Source: an uncultured Fidelibacterota bacterium (GTDB lineage: Bacteria > Fidelibacterota > Marinisomatia > Marinisomatales > UBA1611). From it: a stretch of DNA of 40,275 nucleotides. Positions within the stretch are counted from its first letter, which is position 1. Every line of letters begins with the position of its first letter. The DNA is taken from contig CAJWHW010000018.1 in assembly GCA_913040915.1 (NCBI GenBank), positions 1-40,275 on the forward strand, written 5' to 3'. Both the position numbers and the translations under genes were made by a program. Positions 1 to 10,941 of this stretch are shown here, piece by piece. The notes under the pieces are model-generated. The model ran no database searches. It was not told where the DNA came from and saw nothing but the letters and a program-made list of their open reading frames with translations.

Positions 1-2
1 AT

Positions 3-434
3 CTTAGTAATTCCCAAAATATATCCAAGGGTGTCGATGAATTAATGAATAATGACCTTGTCATAGGAAGTCGTTACATTGAGGGTATTAGTGTTGTGAA
101 TTGGCCGATTCAAAGATTGATTTTAAGTTATGGTGCAAATATTTATTCTAGAGTAGTGACTGGCATGCCAATTCATGATGGTACTGGTGGATATAAAGCA
201 TGGAGAGGAACTTTATTAAATAAGATTGATCTGGGCAGTGTTCGGTCTCAGGGTTATTCTTTTCAAATTGAAATGAATTTTAGAGCATGGAGGAAAGAAG
301 CACGTATTTTGGAAAAACCAATAATTTTTGTTGATAGAACGATTGGGGAATCAAAAATGTCCAAGACAATTATGTATGAGGCAATTTGGATGGTTTGGCG
401 ATTACGAATTTGGAAAATATTTGGCTGGATATAG
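3..434 (+). CDS. GT2 polyprenol monophosphomannose synthase-like glycosyltransferase, 5'-truncated by window edge
   Basis: Frame is open from position 3. Motifs DLVIGSRY, DGTGGYKAWR, GYSFQIE and PIIFVDRTIGESKMS are typical of DPM1/Ppm1-like enzymes. Confidence 0.85.
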   Translation, partial: LSNSQNISKGVDELMNNDLVIGSRYIEGISVVNWPIQRLILSYGANIYSRVVTGMPIHDGTGGYKAWRGTLLNKIDLGSVRSQGYSFQIEMNFRAWRKEARILEKPIIFVDRTIGESKMSKTIMYEAIWMVWRLRIWKIFGWI

Positions 435-466
435 TTTTCATTATTTTGTTTTAAATTATTATTCTT

Positions 467-1516
467 ATGGAAAATTTTGCCCAACTAGAATATGTTATGA
501 TCCTGCTTATAGTAAGTATTATTTTGACTATAGGTTTAGCTTTGATTGGAATCAAAATTGCACCCGAAATTGGATTAATGGATTTTCCAGGAAGTGAGGA
601 TCATAAACAGCATCAAAATGCAGTACCTATGGTTGGTGGAGTTGTTATTTTGGATACATTTATTTTAATCATTCTTTTTACCGATATGTGGAGAGATATA
701 TCTATTCTGGCTATATTAATATCCGCTTTAATAATAGGAATTTTTGGATTATTGGATGATTTCATTAATCTGGATGTAAGAAAAAAATTATTGGGACAAA
801 TTTTAGGTGGTATCGTACTTATCTACTTGGGAGTTCAAATAAATTTTTTCGAATCATCGGAATTTTTATTTCGACTTGGCGATCCTTGGGAGTACTGGAT
901 GAATATTATGTTTACTTTACTCTGGGTAGTGACAATAACAAATGCATATAATTTTATTGATAGCATGGATGGATTAGCTGTAGGAATATCTGGAGTTCCA
1001 GCTGGATTTTTTCTTATAATTTCCTTAGTAGCTGGTCAATCTGAGTTAATATTTATAAGTACAATAATTCTAGGTATTTGTATTGCACTATATTTTTTTA
1101 ACTCTCAACCCGCTACTTTATTCCTCGGTGATTCAGGTGCACAAACACTGGGTTTCATCCTTGCATCAGCAGCAATTATATATGAACCAAGAATAGGATC
1201 ACAGGGCTCATCTTGGTTTGTTCCAATTTTAATTTTTTTTGTTCCATTATTTGATATGTTAATGGTTATTATTTCGAGATTGAAAAGAGGGAAAAAGATA
1301 CACAAGGCTTCAAGAGATCACACTTATCATAGGTTATTTCAACGAGGTATTTCAATACATCATTCTATTCTTATAATGCATGGTACTTCACTCATAATAA
1401 GTATAGTTGGTTTTTTATGTCTAAATTTGCCGGTCAATTATGCAAATATAGTTTTTGGTTTAATTATTATACTTGGTATTGTGGCCTATTATGAATTAGA
1501 TCGAAGTTATTCTTGA
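467..1516 (+). CDS. WecA/TagO-like undecaprenyl-phosphate GlcNAc-1-phosphate transferase (GT4/MraY family)
   Basis: Polytopic membrane protein with PMVGG, GLLDD, NAYNFIDSMDGL, FLGDSG and RDHTYHRL motifs. Confidence 0.88.
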   Translation: MENFAQLEYVMILLIVSIILTIGLALIGIKIAPEIGLMDFPGSEDHKQHQNAVPMVGGVVILDTFILIILFTDMWRDISILAILISALIIGIFGLLDDFINLDVRKKLLGQILGGIVLIYLGVQINFFESSEFLFRLGDPWEYWMNIMFTLLWVVTITNAYNFIDSMDGLAVGISGVPAGFFLIISLVAGQSELIFISTIILGICIALYFFNSQPATLFLGDSGAQTLGFILASAAIIYEPRIGSQGSSWFVPILIFFVPLFDMLMVIISRLKRGKKIHKASRDHTYHRLFQRGISIHHSILIMHGTSLIISIVGFLCLNLPVNYANIVFGLIIILGIVAYYELDRSYS

Positions 1517-1534
1517 ATTTATTATAGAACTTTC

Positions 1535-2494
1535 ATGTCCCGATATTATCTCGATTTCGAAAAACCAATTAGAGAACTGGATGAACAAATTCTTGAATTA
1601 GAGAATTTGAGTGAGCCATCAAAGGAAACAAAAGAAAGCCTAAAAAGTTTAATAAAATTACGTACTGCTCAAATTGAAAAAATATATTCAAGTTTGAGTC
1701 GTTGGCAGAGAGTACAATTAGCACGTCATCCGGATCGACCCTATTCTTTAGATTATATTCAACATTTTTCACCTAATTTCTTTGAATTACACGGTGACCG
1801 TTATCATATGGATGACCCGGCCGTTGTTGCGGGTATCGGTCATTTTGGTCATAAAAAAGTAGTTTGGATTGGTCAACAAAAAGGCCGAAATACAAAAGAG
1901 AATCTATATCGTAACTTTGGTATGATGCGTCCTGATGGTTATCGAAAAGCACGCAGAGTTATGAAATTGGCAGAAAAATTTAAATTACCTGTGATTACTT
2001 TTATGGATACAATTGGGGCATATCCTGGCATAGGAGCTGAAGAACGTGGACAAGGTGAAGCTATAGCAAGAAATCTTTTGGCAATGTCTGGTTTGGAAGT
2101 ACCTATTATTGGGGTTGTAATAGGAGAAGGTGCAAGTGGGGGGGCACTTGGAATTGGAATTTGTGATAAGATGCTTATGTTAGAAAACACGTGGTATTCA
2201 GTTATCAGTCCTGAAGGATGCGCTTCAATTTTATTTCGAGATGCAAAAAGAGCAGAGGATGCAGCAGAAGCACTCAAACCAACTCCAGCAGATTTAGTGG
2301 AAATGGGGATATGTGATCGGATTATTTCAGAACCAAAAGGTGGCGCCCACCGTTCATTTCAAACTACAGCCGATGAATTAGAAAAAGCTATTCATGAAGA
2401 ATTAAATAATCTAGAAAAAATTGATCCTGAAAAATTTTTGGAATTCCGAATTCAGAAATATGATAAACTAGGATATTTTCAAGAAATAATATGA
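1535..2494 (+). CDS. accA: Acetyl-CoA carboxylase carboxyltransferase subunit alpha
   Basis: YLDFEKPI, WQRVQLARHPDRP, FELHGDR, GAYPGIGAEERGQ, GEGASGGALG and YSVISPEGCASIL motifs; 319 aa. Confidence 0.97.
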   Translation: MSRYYLDFEKPIRELDEQILELENLSEPSKETKESLKSLIKLRTAQIEKIYSSLSRWQRVQLARHPDRPYSLDYIQHFSPNFFELHGDRYHMDDPAVVAGIGHFGHKKVVWIGQQKGRNTKENLYRNFGMMRPDGYRKARRVMKLAEKFKLPVITFMDTIGAYPGIGAEERGQGEAIARNLLAMSGLEVPIIGVVIGEGASGGALGIGICDKMLMLENTWYSVISPEGCASILFRDAKRAEDAAEALKPTPADLVEMGICDRIISEPKGGAHRSFQTTADELEKAIHEELNNLEKIDPEKFLEFRIQKYDKLGYFQEII

Positions 2495-2898
2495 TTCAAT
2501 ATGATCATCAGGTCAAAGTTTATTATAAAGATATTGATCAAATGGGGATTGTTTATTATTCCCGTTATTTTGAATATTTTGAGGAGGCCCGTACAGAACT
2601 ACTTAATTCCATTGGCTTGGATGTAACATCGATAGAAAACAGTGGAATTTATCTGCCTGTAATAACAAGTCACTGCGAATACAAAAAAGGTGCTGAATTT
2701 GAGGAAAATATCATTGTCCAAACATACATTTCTGATTTACCCAAATCTAAAATGAGGATTGAATACATTGTAAAAAGCTTAAAGACAGATTTTGTATTAG
2801 TAACTGGATATACAATTCATGCTTTTATAAAAGAAAATGGAAAACCTACTAAGGCACCAGATTCAGTTTTATCAAGATTAAAAAATAATATGAAATAA
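2491..2898 (+). CDS. YbgC/FadM-family acyl-CoA thioesterase (hotdog fold)
   Basis: VYYKDIDQMGIVYYSRYFEYFEEAR motif; ATGA overlap with the accA stop. Confidence 0.9.
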   Translation: MIQYDHQVKVYYKDIDQMGIVYYSRYFEYFEEARTELLNSIGLDVTSIENSGIYLPVITSHCEYKKGAEFEENIIVQTYISDLPKSKMRIEYIVKSLKTDFVLVTGYTIHAFIKENGKPTKAPDSVLSRLKNNMK

Positions 2899-2924
2899 TA
2901 ATTCAATATTTTTTATCGCTTCAA

Positions 2925-3797
2925 TTATTCATTGATTAAATAAACTGCTAATATTCCCAAACTTCCACCGATAAAGGTATTAAGAAGGAGTGGTTCATGT
3001 AAAAAAACCATAGCAAAAACCATAGCAGACAATGGTACTGTAAAAATAAATGCACTGGCTTTTTTAGCACCCAATTCCACAGAAGCCTGAAAATAAATCG
3101 AAGTACCAAAAGCCATGGCTCCAACAGCCAGAATAAACATATTAATCCAAAATATCCAATCAAAAGTAAATATATTTAAAAGTGGCTGGTTTAATGCAAA
3201 TGGTATGCTAAACAGCCCTGAAAGTGTAAAACACCAAAAACTATATGGGATGAATTCTATAACTTCTTTAGACCTCGATGTAATAATTGTTACAAGAGCC
3301 CAGGAAAAAGAAGCCATAAGGAAATGAAAATTTCCAGTTTGAAAAAGAATGCCCGAATCTATTTCCCATATACGGATAATGAGTGCGCTTCCCAAAAGGC
3401 CAAGAATGAGACCAACTATATCCTTTTTTTGTAAGATTCCACCTAAGAATATTCCTGTTACCAGAGCCGTAAGAATAGGATTAAGTGTAGTAACTAATAC
3501 ACCACCCGCACCTGCAAGACCTAACTGAGTTCCTTTAAAATAAAAGAAATTATAACTAGTCATAAAAATGGAATTTAATATTATAAATTTCAATGCATCT
3601 ATTGAGATTTTGAATGAGTAACCTTGCAAACTAAGAATGGGCACAAATGATATAGCGGCAAAAATAAATCTCCAAATCATCATCATTGGCGCATCACCAT
3701 ATTCACCCAATATTTTCGCATTAGTCCATGAAATTCCCCATGTAAGCATGGCAAGAATCATGAGAATTTTAAGACGATCTTCTTTTTTAAACTTCAT
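2925..3797 (-). CDS. DMT/EamA family transporter
   Basis: 290 aa, about 10 hydrophobic segments, two-repeat EamA pattern (TWGISW; LNPILTAL; VFLHEPL). Confidence 0.88.
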   Translation of the reverse strand: MKFKKEDRLKILMILAMLTWGISWTNAKILGEYGDAPMMMIWRFIFAAISFVPILSLQGYSFKISIDALKFIILNSIFMTSYNFFYFKGTQLGLAGAGGVLVTTLNPILTALVTGIFLGGILQKKDIVGLILGLLGSALIIRIWEIDSGILFQTGNFHFLMASFSWALVTIITSRSKEVIEFIPYSFWCFTLSGLFSIPFALNQPLLNIFTFDWIFWINMFILAVGAMAFGTSIYFQASVELGAKKASAFIFTVPLSAMVFAMVFLHEPLLLNTFIGGSLGILAVYLINE

Positions 3798-3900
3798 TTT
3801 GTTTAATACTGCTATTAATATTTTATAAAGGTAATTATCAGAAGATTAATAGAAAAAGGTAGTTCGGATATTTTCATTGAAAATTTCCACTTGGTAAAAT

Positions 3901-5499
3901 TTACATTCTAAAAACAGGAAAATTCGGATCTGGATATGGATTGTTTTTTATTGCTTTTAGAGATTGAATCAAAATACGCCGAGTTTCTGTAGGTAATATG
4001 ACACCATCATCCCATAGCCTGGCACTTGCATAATAAGGATGGCCTTCTTTTTCATATTTTTCATGGATCGGTTTTTTCAATTTTTCCAACTCATCATGTG
4101 TCATTTCCTTACCTTTAGCCTTAAGTTGATCACTCTTTACTGTAGCTAGTACATTGGCAGCCTGATCCCCGCCCATGACAGAAATTCTTGAATTGGGCCA
4201 CATGAAGAGAAATCTGGGCTGATAAGCTCTCCCACTCATGGCATAATTTCCTGCGCCAAAACTTCCGCCAATTAATATTGTTATTTTAGGTACGTTCGCA
4301 GTTGCTACGGCCTGAACCATTTTTGCCCCATCTTTAGCTATACCACCTGTTTCCGCTTTTTTCCCAACCATAAAACCAGTGATATTTTGAAGAAAAATAA
4401 GTGGAATTTTTCTTTGGCAGCAAATTTCTACGAAGTGAGCTCCTTTCAAGGCTGTTTCACTGAAAAGGACACCATTATTTGCGATTATACCAATAGGATC
4501 TCCACCAATTTTTGCAAATCCTGTGACAAGTGTTTTTCCATAGTCAGATTTAAATTCTTCAAAATTAGAGTCATCCACAATTCTGGCTATTACTTCATGA
4601 ACGTCAAATGGTGTTCGATGAGATTGGGTTAAAATACCAAATAATTCATCAATATCGTAGATGGGCTCATTAAATGATTCAGAAGAATAATTCTGTTTAG
4701 GTAAATGGTTTATAATTCTTCTTATCTTATCAATGGCTTCTGCATCATTTTCAGCAAAATGGTCAGCTACACCGCTAAACCGAGTATGTAGTTTTGCTCC
4801 GCCTAATTCTTCAGGGGTAGAGGTTTCGCCAATAGCAGCTTTTACCAATGGAGGGCCACCTAAAAAAATGGTTCCAGTTTTATTGACAATAATTGCTTCA
4901 TCACTGATAGCGGGAACATATGCTCCACCGGCAGTGCAGGAACCCATAACTGCAGCAATTTGTGGTATACCTGCGGCACTCATTTGTGCCTGATTGTAGA
5001 AAATACGACCAAAATGGTCTCTATCAGGGAAAACGTCATCCTGTTTTGGCAAGAATGCACCTCCACTATCCACTAAGTAGATACAGGGTAGACGGTTTTC
5101 CATCGCTATTTCCTGAGCTCTAAGATGTTTTTTTACGGTTAATGGGTAGTAGGTACCGCCTTTAACAGTAGCATCATTGGCAATGACGATACAGGATATT
5201 CCATGGATATCTATAATTCCTGTAATAATCCCTGCTGCTGGGACATCTTCATCATAGACTTCATAGGCTGCTAATTCTGAAAATTCAAGAAATTCTGAAC
5301 CCTTATCTTTAAGTATTTCAATTCGTTTCCGTGCTGTTAATTTTCCCCGTTTATGATGTTTTTCGATTCGATGGAGAGGCCCCATTTCCTTAATCTTCTC
5401 TAATAAAGATTGCAGTTGCACAGATAGAGATTTATGGTACTTGTAGTTTGATTTATATTTTTCCGATTGGTTATCAATTCTCGTTTTAATCTTTGGCAT
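3901..5499 (-). CDS. liuB: 3-methylcrotonyl-CoA carboxylase beta (carboxyltransferase) subunit
   Basis: [54 protein letters not shown] and C-terminal VFRM; adjacent to HMG-CoA lyase. Confidence 0.93.
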   Translation of the reverse strand: MPKIKTRIDNQSEKYKSNYKYHKSLSVQLQSLLEKIKEMGPLHRIEKHHKRGKLTARKRIEILKDKGSEFLEFSELAAYEVYDEDVPAAGIITGIIDIHGISCIVIANDATVKGGTYYPLTVKKHLRAQEIAMENRLPCIYLVDSGGAFLPKQDDVFPDRDHFGRIFYNQAQMSAAGIPQIAAVMGSCTAGGAYVPAISDEAIIVNKTGTIFLGGPPLVKAAIGETSTPEELGGAKLHTRFSGVADHFAENDAEAIDKIRRIINHLPKQNYSSESFNEPIYDIDELFGILTQSHRTPFDVHEVIARIVDDSNFEEFKSDYGKTLVTGFAKIGGDPIGIIANNGVLFSETALKGAHFVEICCQRKIPLIFLQNITGFMVGKKAETGGIAKDGAKMVQAVATANVPKITILIGGSFGAGNYAMSGRAYQPRFLFMWPNSRISVMGGDQAANVLATVKSDQLKAKGKEMTHDELEKLKKPIHEKYEKEGHPYYASARLWDDGVILPTETRRILIQSLKAIKNNPYPDPNFPVFRM

Positions 5500-6373
5500 G
5501 GACTAACGATTCCTTTTTAACAATGGATTTTATAAAATTTGAAGTTTTTTCTAGTTTATCTTCATTGATGTCAGTTTGAATTCCTATTGAATTGCAAAGA
5601 GAAACCACATTTTCTGTTGCAATATTTCCCGATGCATCTTTTGCATAAGGACAGCCACCTATTCCACCCGTAGAACTGTCAAAGTTATTTATTTCAAATT
5701 CCATGGCAGCTTTAATGTTTTCCTTGGCAAATCCAAAAGTATCATGCATATGTAAAGCAAAATGTTTTGGATGCCATCGGTTTAATATTTTTTCCAGCAT
5801 AAACCGTACTTCATCCGCATTGGCTTTACCAATAGTATCTCCCAGTGAAATGTTTTCGATTCCCAAATCTAGTATTTTAGCAATAACATCTATGACACTT
5901 TCTGATTTTATTGGACCTTCATAAGGGCAGTGCCATACAGTGGAAATATATCCACGAACACGAAGTGAATGTTGTTCCCAAACAGTTGACATTTGGTGAA
6001 ACCGATCCATGGATTCATCAATAGAACAATTAGTATTACTTTGTGAAAATGATTCACTGGCAGTCGTAAAAATAGCTACGGAAGAATAATTAGCAGACAA
6101 AGCATCATCTAGCCCTTTCAAATTGGGAACAAGGGCCGTGTAGGTAATTCCATTTAAACGATTTATTTTAGCAGAAACTTCTTTTGCATCGGCTAATTGA
6201 GGAATCCATTTATGTGAAACAAAACTAGTTACTTCAATTTCTGAAAAACCACATTGTGACAAGAGATTCACGTAAGTTATTTTATCTTCTGTCGTAATGA
6301 ATTCTTCAATGCTCTGTAGACCATCTCTAGGACCAACTTCAACTATATTTACTTTAGTAGGATAGGTTATCAA
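5486..6373 (-). CDS. liuE: Hydroxymethylglutaryl-CoA lyase
   Basis: [26 protein letters not shown] and GGIGGCPYA motifs. Confidence 0.95.
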   Translation of the reverse strand: MITYPTKVNIVEVGPRDGLQSIEEFITTEDKITYVNLLSQCGFSEIEVTSFVSHKWIPQLADAKEVSAKINRLNGITYTALVPNLKGLDDALSANYSSVAIFTTASESFSQSNTNCSIDESMDRFHQMSTVWEQHSLRVRGYISTVWHCPYEGPIKSESVIDVIAKILDLGIENISLGDTIGKANADEVRFMLEKILNRWHPKHFALHMHDTFGFAKENIKAAMEFEINNFDSSTGGIGGCPYAKDASGNIATENVVSLCNSIGIQTDINEDKLEKTSNFIKSIVKKESLVHAKD

Positions 6374-6374
6374 G

Positions 6375-7142
6375 TTAGTTTTTGTTCCAGTTAGGTTTTC
6401 GTTTTTCTAAAAATGCAGATAAACCTTCGTTTCCTTCTTTGCTGGCACGAATTTCTGCAATCAGATCAGATGAATCTGTAGCTGCCATATTTTTGATATA
6501 ATCCTTGAATTTTGACTGTGCTAACGGTCCGCCTTTCAGTAATTGTTTTACTACATGATTTATCATCATTTCCATCTTGGATTCTTCTATTACAAAATGA
6601 GCTAAACCAATCTTTCTAGCTAAAGATGCATCAATCTGTTCTCCAGATATTCCTAATGCCCGAAACCAAGATTTTCCAATTTTATTTTCTGCATAAGGGC
6701 CAATAACAGCAGGAATTAATCCAATCAATACCTCAGATAATGAAAAGAGTGTTTTTTCTTCTGCGATAACAATATCGCATAACGTACAAAGACCAAATCC
6801 ACCACCAAATGCATGACCATGAATTACTCCTACTACAGGTTTTGAGCAAGAATTAATAGCTTCAACCATATTTCTCAATTGTTTCGTTCCCGCTTTATTT
6901 TGTACTAGTGTTTGGTGGGATGAATCTTTCATCATTTGAAGATCTGCTCCAGCAGAGAAGGAGTGACCATTTCCCCTTAATAGTACAACTCGTATAGTGT
7001 TATTAGATGAAAGATCTTGAAAACAGGATGTGAGCTCATTTATCATGATTTCATTCATGGCATTCCTCACATCGGGGCGATTTAAAGAAACAGTTGCAAT
7101 ATAGCTTTCATCAATATTTAGTTTAATTGTCTTATAATCCAT
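6375..7142 (-). CDS. liuC: Enoyl-CoA hydratase family, probable methylglutaconyl-CoA hydratase
   Basis: LNRPDVRNA, FSAGADL, GHAFGGG, SEVLIGLIP and AFLEKRKPNW motifs; 1 nt from liuE. Confidence 0.85.
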   Translation of the reverse strand: MDYKTIKLNIDESYIATVSLNRPDVRNAMNEIMINELTSCFQDLSSNNTIRVVLLRGNGHSFSAGADLQMMKDSSHQTLVQNKAGTKQLRNMVEAINSCSKPVVGVIHGHAFGGGFGLCTLCDIVIAEEKTLFSLSEVLIGLIPAVIGPYAENKIGKSWFRALGISGEQIDASLARKIGLAHFVIEESKMEMMINHVVKQLLKGGPLAQSKFKDYIKNMAATDSSDLIAEIRASKEGNEGLSAFLEKRKPNWNKN

Positions 7143-7177
7143 TTGAATTCATATAACTTAGTAATGATTGTGTAAAC

Positions 7178-7206
7178 AAAAAACCCCGCAAAAGCGGGGT
7201 ATTTTT
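7178..7206 (-). terminator. Intrinsic terminator of ppiD, possibly bidirectional
   Basis: ACCCCGC-AAAA-GCGGGGT hairpin with an A run on the left (U tract on the - strand) and ATTTTT on the right, just past the ppiD stop. Confidence 0.85.
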
Positions 7207-7219
7207 AGATTAATTCAAA

Positions 7220-9049
7220 TCAATAGTAAAAATTTCTATTGTCAATGATTTCTGATTTTTCTTTTAAATCATCTATCCATGCATTAAAAAATTGATTTTG
7301 TTTTCTGTTGAAAATAGTGTTCCTCAAAGATTCCCTCTGAGTTTCGTATTCAGTTGAATCAAATTTTCCAATTGAAATTAATTCAATAATGGCATGTCCG
7401 CGGGTGGTTTCTAATGGTCCCATGATTTCACCAGGTTCTGCAGCTAACAGAGCACCTGTTACATAATTACTTCTGCCTATTGATGTGAAACCTTGAATCA
7501 GTTGTTTCGTTTCATTTTTTACGGCATCAAGTTCAGAGTCTTCATCAATCATATCATTTACGTGTATATCAGAACTGGAGAGTTTAACCAATATATTATT
7601 TGCTTGATCCAGTGTAGCAGACTTCATTTTTACTTCTTTAACTTTTCTCTTTAATTGACTTTCAACATCTTCAAAAGGTTTAGTACCTGGCTCAATGATT
7701 TCGTCCAATGTGAATACGGCAAAATTTTTATCATTTTCCAAAATATCGGAGACATCACCAATTTTACTATCAAATGCAAAACGTACTCCGGCTCTAAGTC
7801 CGCCTAAGCCATTGATGGAAAATCCTTCATCATTCATTTTCTCATGTTTACCAATGGTGAGTCCATATTCTTCGATAGCATTATTAAATCCATTATCCTG
7901 AGCGTCGTAACTGAATAAAGTTGCTTCACGTGACATATTGGACAAAGTAGTAGGAGAAATTTCAATTTTTAGGAGGATATGAGAAGCAAGTATTTTCTGC
8001 TCACCATTTTCAACTTTTTTATCTCTGACATTGATAATATGATATCCAAAGTTAGATTTAACAGGTTTTGTAATAGCACCTTTTTTTGCGCTAAACGCTG
8101 CTTCTTCAAATGGTTTAACCATGCGTCCTTTACCAAACCATCCTAAGTCACCACCTTTCGTTCCTTGATTTCCAGGATCTGCTGAATATTCATTTGCCAA
8201 TGATACAAAATCTTCCCCTTCTTTTAATCGCTCGTAAATTGCATTAGCTAGCTTTTCTATAGAAACGGAATCTTCCTTTGATGGAACTTTTTTCCATGAT
8301 ACGTAGGATACAGACCGTAGCTCACCATGCTCAAAGTCTGTTAATGAACTTTCATACTCTTTTCGCATTTCTTCTTCATTAGGTTCTGATTCTTCTGCAG
8401 GAACTTTTGAAGATGTTATATGAATCCCAGAAATTGTATAGTCTACATTTCTTTTTATGAATTCATTTTCAATATCACGCTCAGAAATTATAATACTTTC
8501 ATCCAGGATTTTTTGAAGTTTATAATTTGGTATGTAAGTGTTTTTCATAAATGATTCAATTGGAGCCCACTCATCACCCTGTGGATTTGCTAGGGCATTA
8601 CGATATTTTTCCAAGTCAAATGTACCTTCTGTTTGAAAATTTGGATTTTGTTGCAAAAAGGGAGGAGGATTATTTTCAAGATGATAGAGGACTTCTTCGT
8701 CAGTTGCAAAAATATTAAGTCTTTCTACTTCTTGGGATATTAAAGCATCTTGCAGCATATTGTCCCAAGCCTTATTTCTAGCTCGTCTAATCTGAAAATC
8801 ATTAATTTTCTGACCATTAGCTCTGGCTTGCTCAATCTGCTGATTAACAAGTTGATTATAATAGTCTGGCGATATATCATCACCGTTTATTCTTGCAATA
8901 GTCGTTCTAGGATCAACTTTACCGACCAATTGATCAAGAATATTTGCACCACCAACGAGACCGCCAATGGTCATACTTAACAGGAACATTGCTAACAATG
9001 CCCATAACACAACGTGCATTTTTTCGCGCATGGATGTCATTAGTGCCAT
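7220..9049 (-). CDS. ppiD: PpiD/SurA-like membrane-anchored periplasmic chaperone with parvulin PPIase domain
   Basis: N-terminal TM anchor, SurA_N-like region, and parvulin motifs [40 protein letters not shown]. Confidence 0.88.
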   Translation of the reverse strand: MALMTSMREKMHVVLWALLAMFLLSMTIGGLVGGANILDQLVGKVDPRTTIARINGDDISPDYYNQLVNQQIEQARANGQKINDFQIRRARNKAWDNMLQDALISQEVERLNIFATDEEVLYHLENNPPPFLQQNPNFQTEGTFDLEKYRNALANPQGDEWAPIESFMKNTYIPNYKLQKILDESIIISERDIENEFIKRNVDYTISGIHITSSKVPAEESEPNEEEMRKEYESSLTDFEHGELRSVSYVSWKKVPSKEDSVSIEKLANAIYERLKEGEDFVSLANEYSADPGNQGTKGGDLGWFGKGRMVKPFEEAAFSAKKGAITKPVKSNFGYHIINVRDKKVENGEQKILASHILLKIEISPTTLSNMSREATLFSYDAQDNGFNNAIEEYGLTIGKHEKMNDEGFSINGLGGLRAGVRFAFDSKIGDVSDILENDKNFAVFTLDEIIEPGTKPFEDVESQLKRKVKEVKMKSATLDQANNILVKLSSSDIHVNDMIDEDSELDAVKNETKQLIQGFTSIGRSNYVTGALLAAEPGEIMGPLETTRGHAIIELISIGKFDSTEYETQRESLRNTIFNRKQNQFFNAWIDDLKEKSEIIDNRNFYY

Positions 9050-9174
9050 ATATTACCCTTCAATAATAAAGAATGATAAAAGTGGATATAATGCCGTTGA
9101 AAAACGGCGGGCGAATTTATACAATGGATGTTGATGAAACAATGGTTCAACTTATTTAACTTACGGGGAAAATA

Positions 9175-10203
9175 ATGACTAATTGTCAATCTATATTTGT
9201 TACTAAACATGGGGCACCGGATGTACTCCAGTTCAAGTCTGATCAAATCGATGATCCTAAAATTGGAGATGTTTGTGTTAAAATAAGCTATACGGGTATT
9301 AATTTTGCTGATCTTATGGGTAGGATGGGATTGTATCCAACAGCACCAAAACCGCCTTATGTACCTGGTTTTGAAATTGCCGGTACCATAGAAAAAACAG
9401 GTGATGATTCGATGGCTGAATTTATTGGTAGTAATGTTGTGGGCTTATCTCGCTTTCATGGATACTCAACTCATGTGAATGTACCAGTAGAACAACTCTT
9501 CTTTATTGATAATAAATGGCTAGATGTGGCAGCAGCGGTTCCTGTAACTTATTTGACAGCCTATTTTATGATGGTTCATCAAGCTGCAATTAAGGAAGGA
9601 GAGTGGTTCTTAATTCATGGAATTGGAGGAGGAGTTGGAATAGCCGCACTGCAGATTGCTCAGCATCTAGGAGCAAAAATCATTGGTACCTGCTCGGGTT
9701 GGAAGCATGCTCAAATCAGTGAAATGGGTGTTGATAATTTAATTGATTATCGCACAGAAAATTTTAGGGAGCGAGTATTGGAAATCACTGATGGTAGAGG
9801 TGCCGATGTAATCATTGACTCATTAGGCGGAAAAAATCTAAATGAAAGTTATAATTGCTTATCCGAATTTGGTCGTTTGATTTCTTATGGTTTTTCAAAG
9901 GCAGCATTAGGAAAAAGAAAAAATTTTATAAAAATTTTACCCGAGTATTTAGGGATCCCAAAATTTAATCCTATGCATTTAATGGCGAAAAATAAAGGAG
10001 TCTTCGGATTCCATCTGGGTTTGATACGCCAAAGACAAGATTTGGTAAAACTCTATGGACAAAAACTACTTAAATGGCTAGATAAAGGAATTATTACTCC
10101 TAAGGTTGCTGCTGTTTTTCCATTGTCAAAAGCTGCTGATGCCCATCAATATATAACTGATCGAAAAAACTTTGGAAAAGTTTTGCTAATGGCAGATAAA
10201 TGA
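9175..10203 (+). CDS. Medium-chain dehydrogenase/reductase (quinone oxidoreductase/VAT-1-like)
   Basis: GINFAD, PYVPGFEIAG, HGIGGGVG NAD(P)-binding loop and NFGKVLL. Confidence 0.88.
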   Translation: MTNCQSIFVTKHGAPDVLQFKSDQIDDPKIGDVCVKISYTGINFADLMGRMGLYPTAPKPPYVPGFEIAGTIEKTGDDSMAEFIGSNVVGLSRFHGYSTHVNVPVEQLFFIDNKWLDVAAAVPVTYLTAYFMMVHQAAIKEGEWFLIHGIGGGVGIAALQIAQHLGAKIIGTCSGWKHAQISEMGVDNLIDYRTENFRERVLEITDGRGADVIIDSLGGKNLNESYNCLSEFGRLISYGFSKAALGKRKNFIKILPEYLGIPKFNPMHLMAKNKGVFGFHLGLIRQRQDLVKLYGQKLLKWLDKGIITPKVAAVFPLSKAADAHQYITDRKNFGKVLLMADK

Positions 10204-10868
10204 GTTTTGAAAAACTAGAAAATGAAGTTACTTCTTGTAGAAAATGTGATCGGCTTGTTGAATTTCGTCAAAAAATTGCACAACAAAAGCGGAAATCTTA
10301 TATGAACTGGGAATATTGGGGTAAAGGTGTTCCCGGGTATGGTGATATAAATGCAAAACTAATGATACTAGGACTGGCACCTGCAGCACACGGAGGTAAC
10401 AGGACAGGAAGAGTATTTACTGGCGATAAGTCTGCTGACTTTTTATTCAAATGTTTACACCATGTTGGATTAGCTAATCAACCCAACTCTGATCATCGGA
10501 ATGATGGTCTTTCCTTAGATGGCTATATCACTCCAGCTGTTAAATGTGTACCACCCGGTGATAAACCTACTTCTGAAGAGAAAGAAAATTGTGAACCTTT
10601 TTTATCACGTGAATTTGAATTATTAAAAAAATTGAAAGTTGTTTTAGGTTTAGGAAAAATTGGATTTGATTCTTGTCTCAAATTTCATAGAAAATTTCAT
10701 CCAATAAAATTGAAAGATTATCAATTTGGACATGGTGTCCGCTATGAACTTCCAAATGGATTGGTCTTATTTGGAGCATTCCATCCCAGTCCTAGGAATG
10801 TGAATACTGGAAGATTGACCTTTAATATGATGGTAGACTTTTTAAACATAGTAAAAAAGGAGCTTTAA
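10200..10868 (+). CDS. udgB: Uracil-DNA glycosylase family 5 (Fe-S)
   Basis: CRKC, GLAPAAHGGNRTGRVFTGD, VKCVPP...C and HPSPRN motifs. Confidence 0.92.
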   Translation: MSFEKLENEVTSCRKCDRLVEFRQKIAQQKRKSYMNWEYWGKGVPGYGDINAKLMILGLAPAAHGGNRTGRVFTGDKSADFLFKCLHHVGLANQPNSDHRNDGLSLDGYITPAVKCVPPGDKPTSEEKENCEPFLSREFELLKKLKVVLGLGKIGFDSCLKFHRKFHPIKLKDYQFGHGVRYELPNGLVLFGAFHPSPRNVNTGRLTFNMMVDFLNIVKKEL

Positions 10869-10941
10869 TAGAAAAATTAACTTAATAAAATTTTATCATT
10901 ATGATAAGCATGTTAATTATAATTTTTTATGTTTTTTTACT

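Noticed and set aside
10893..10907. 7-1-7 palindrome TTATCAT-T-ATGATAA resembling a Fur/PerR box
   Set aside because: It lies between convergent 3' ends in very AT-rich DNA with no promoter to control, so it is likely chance.
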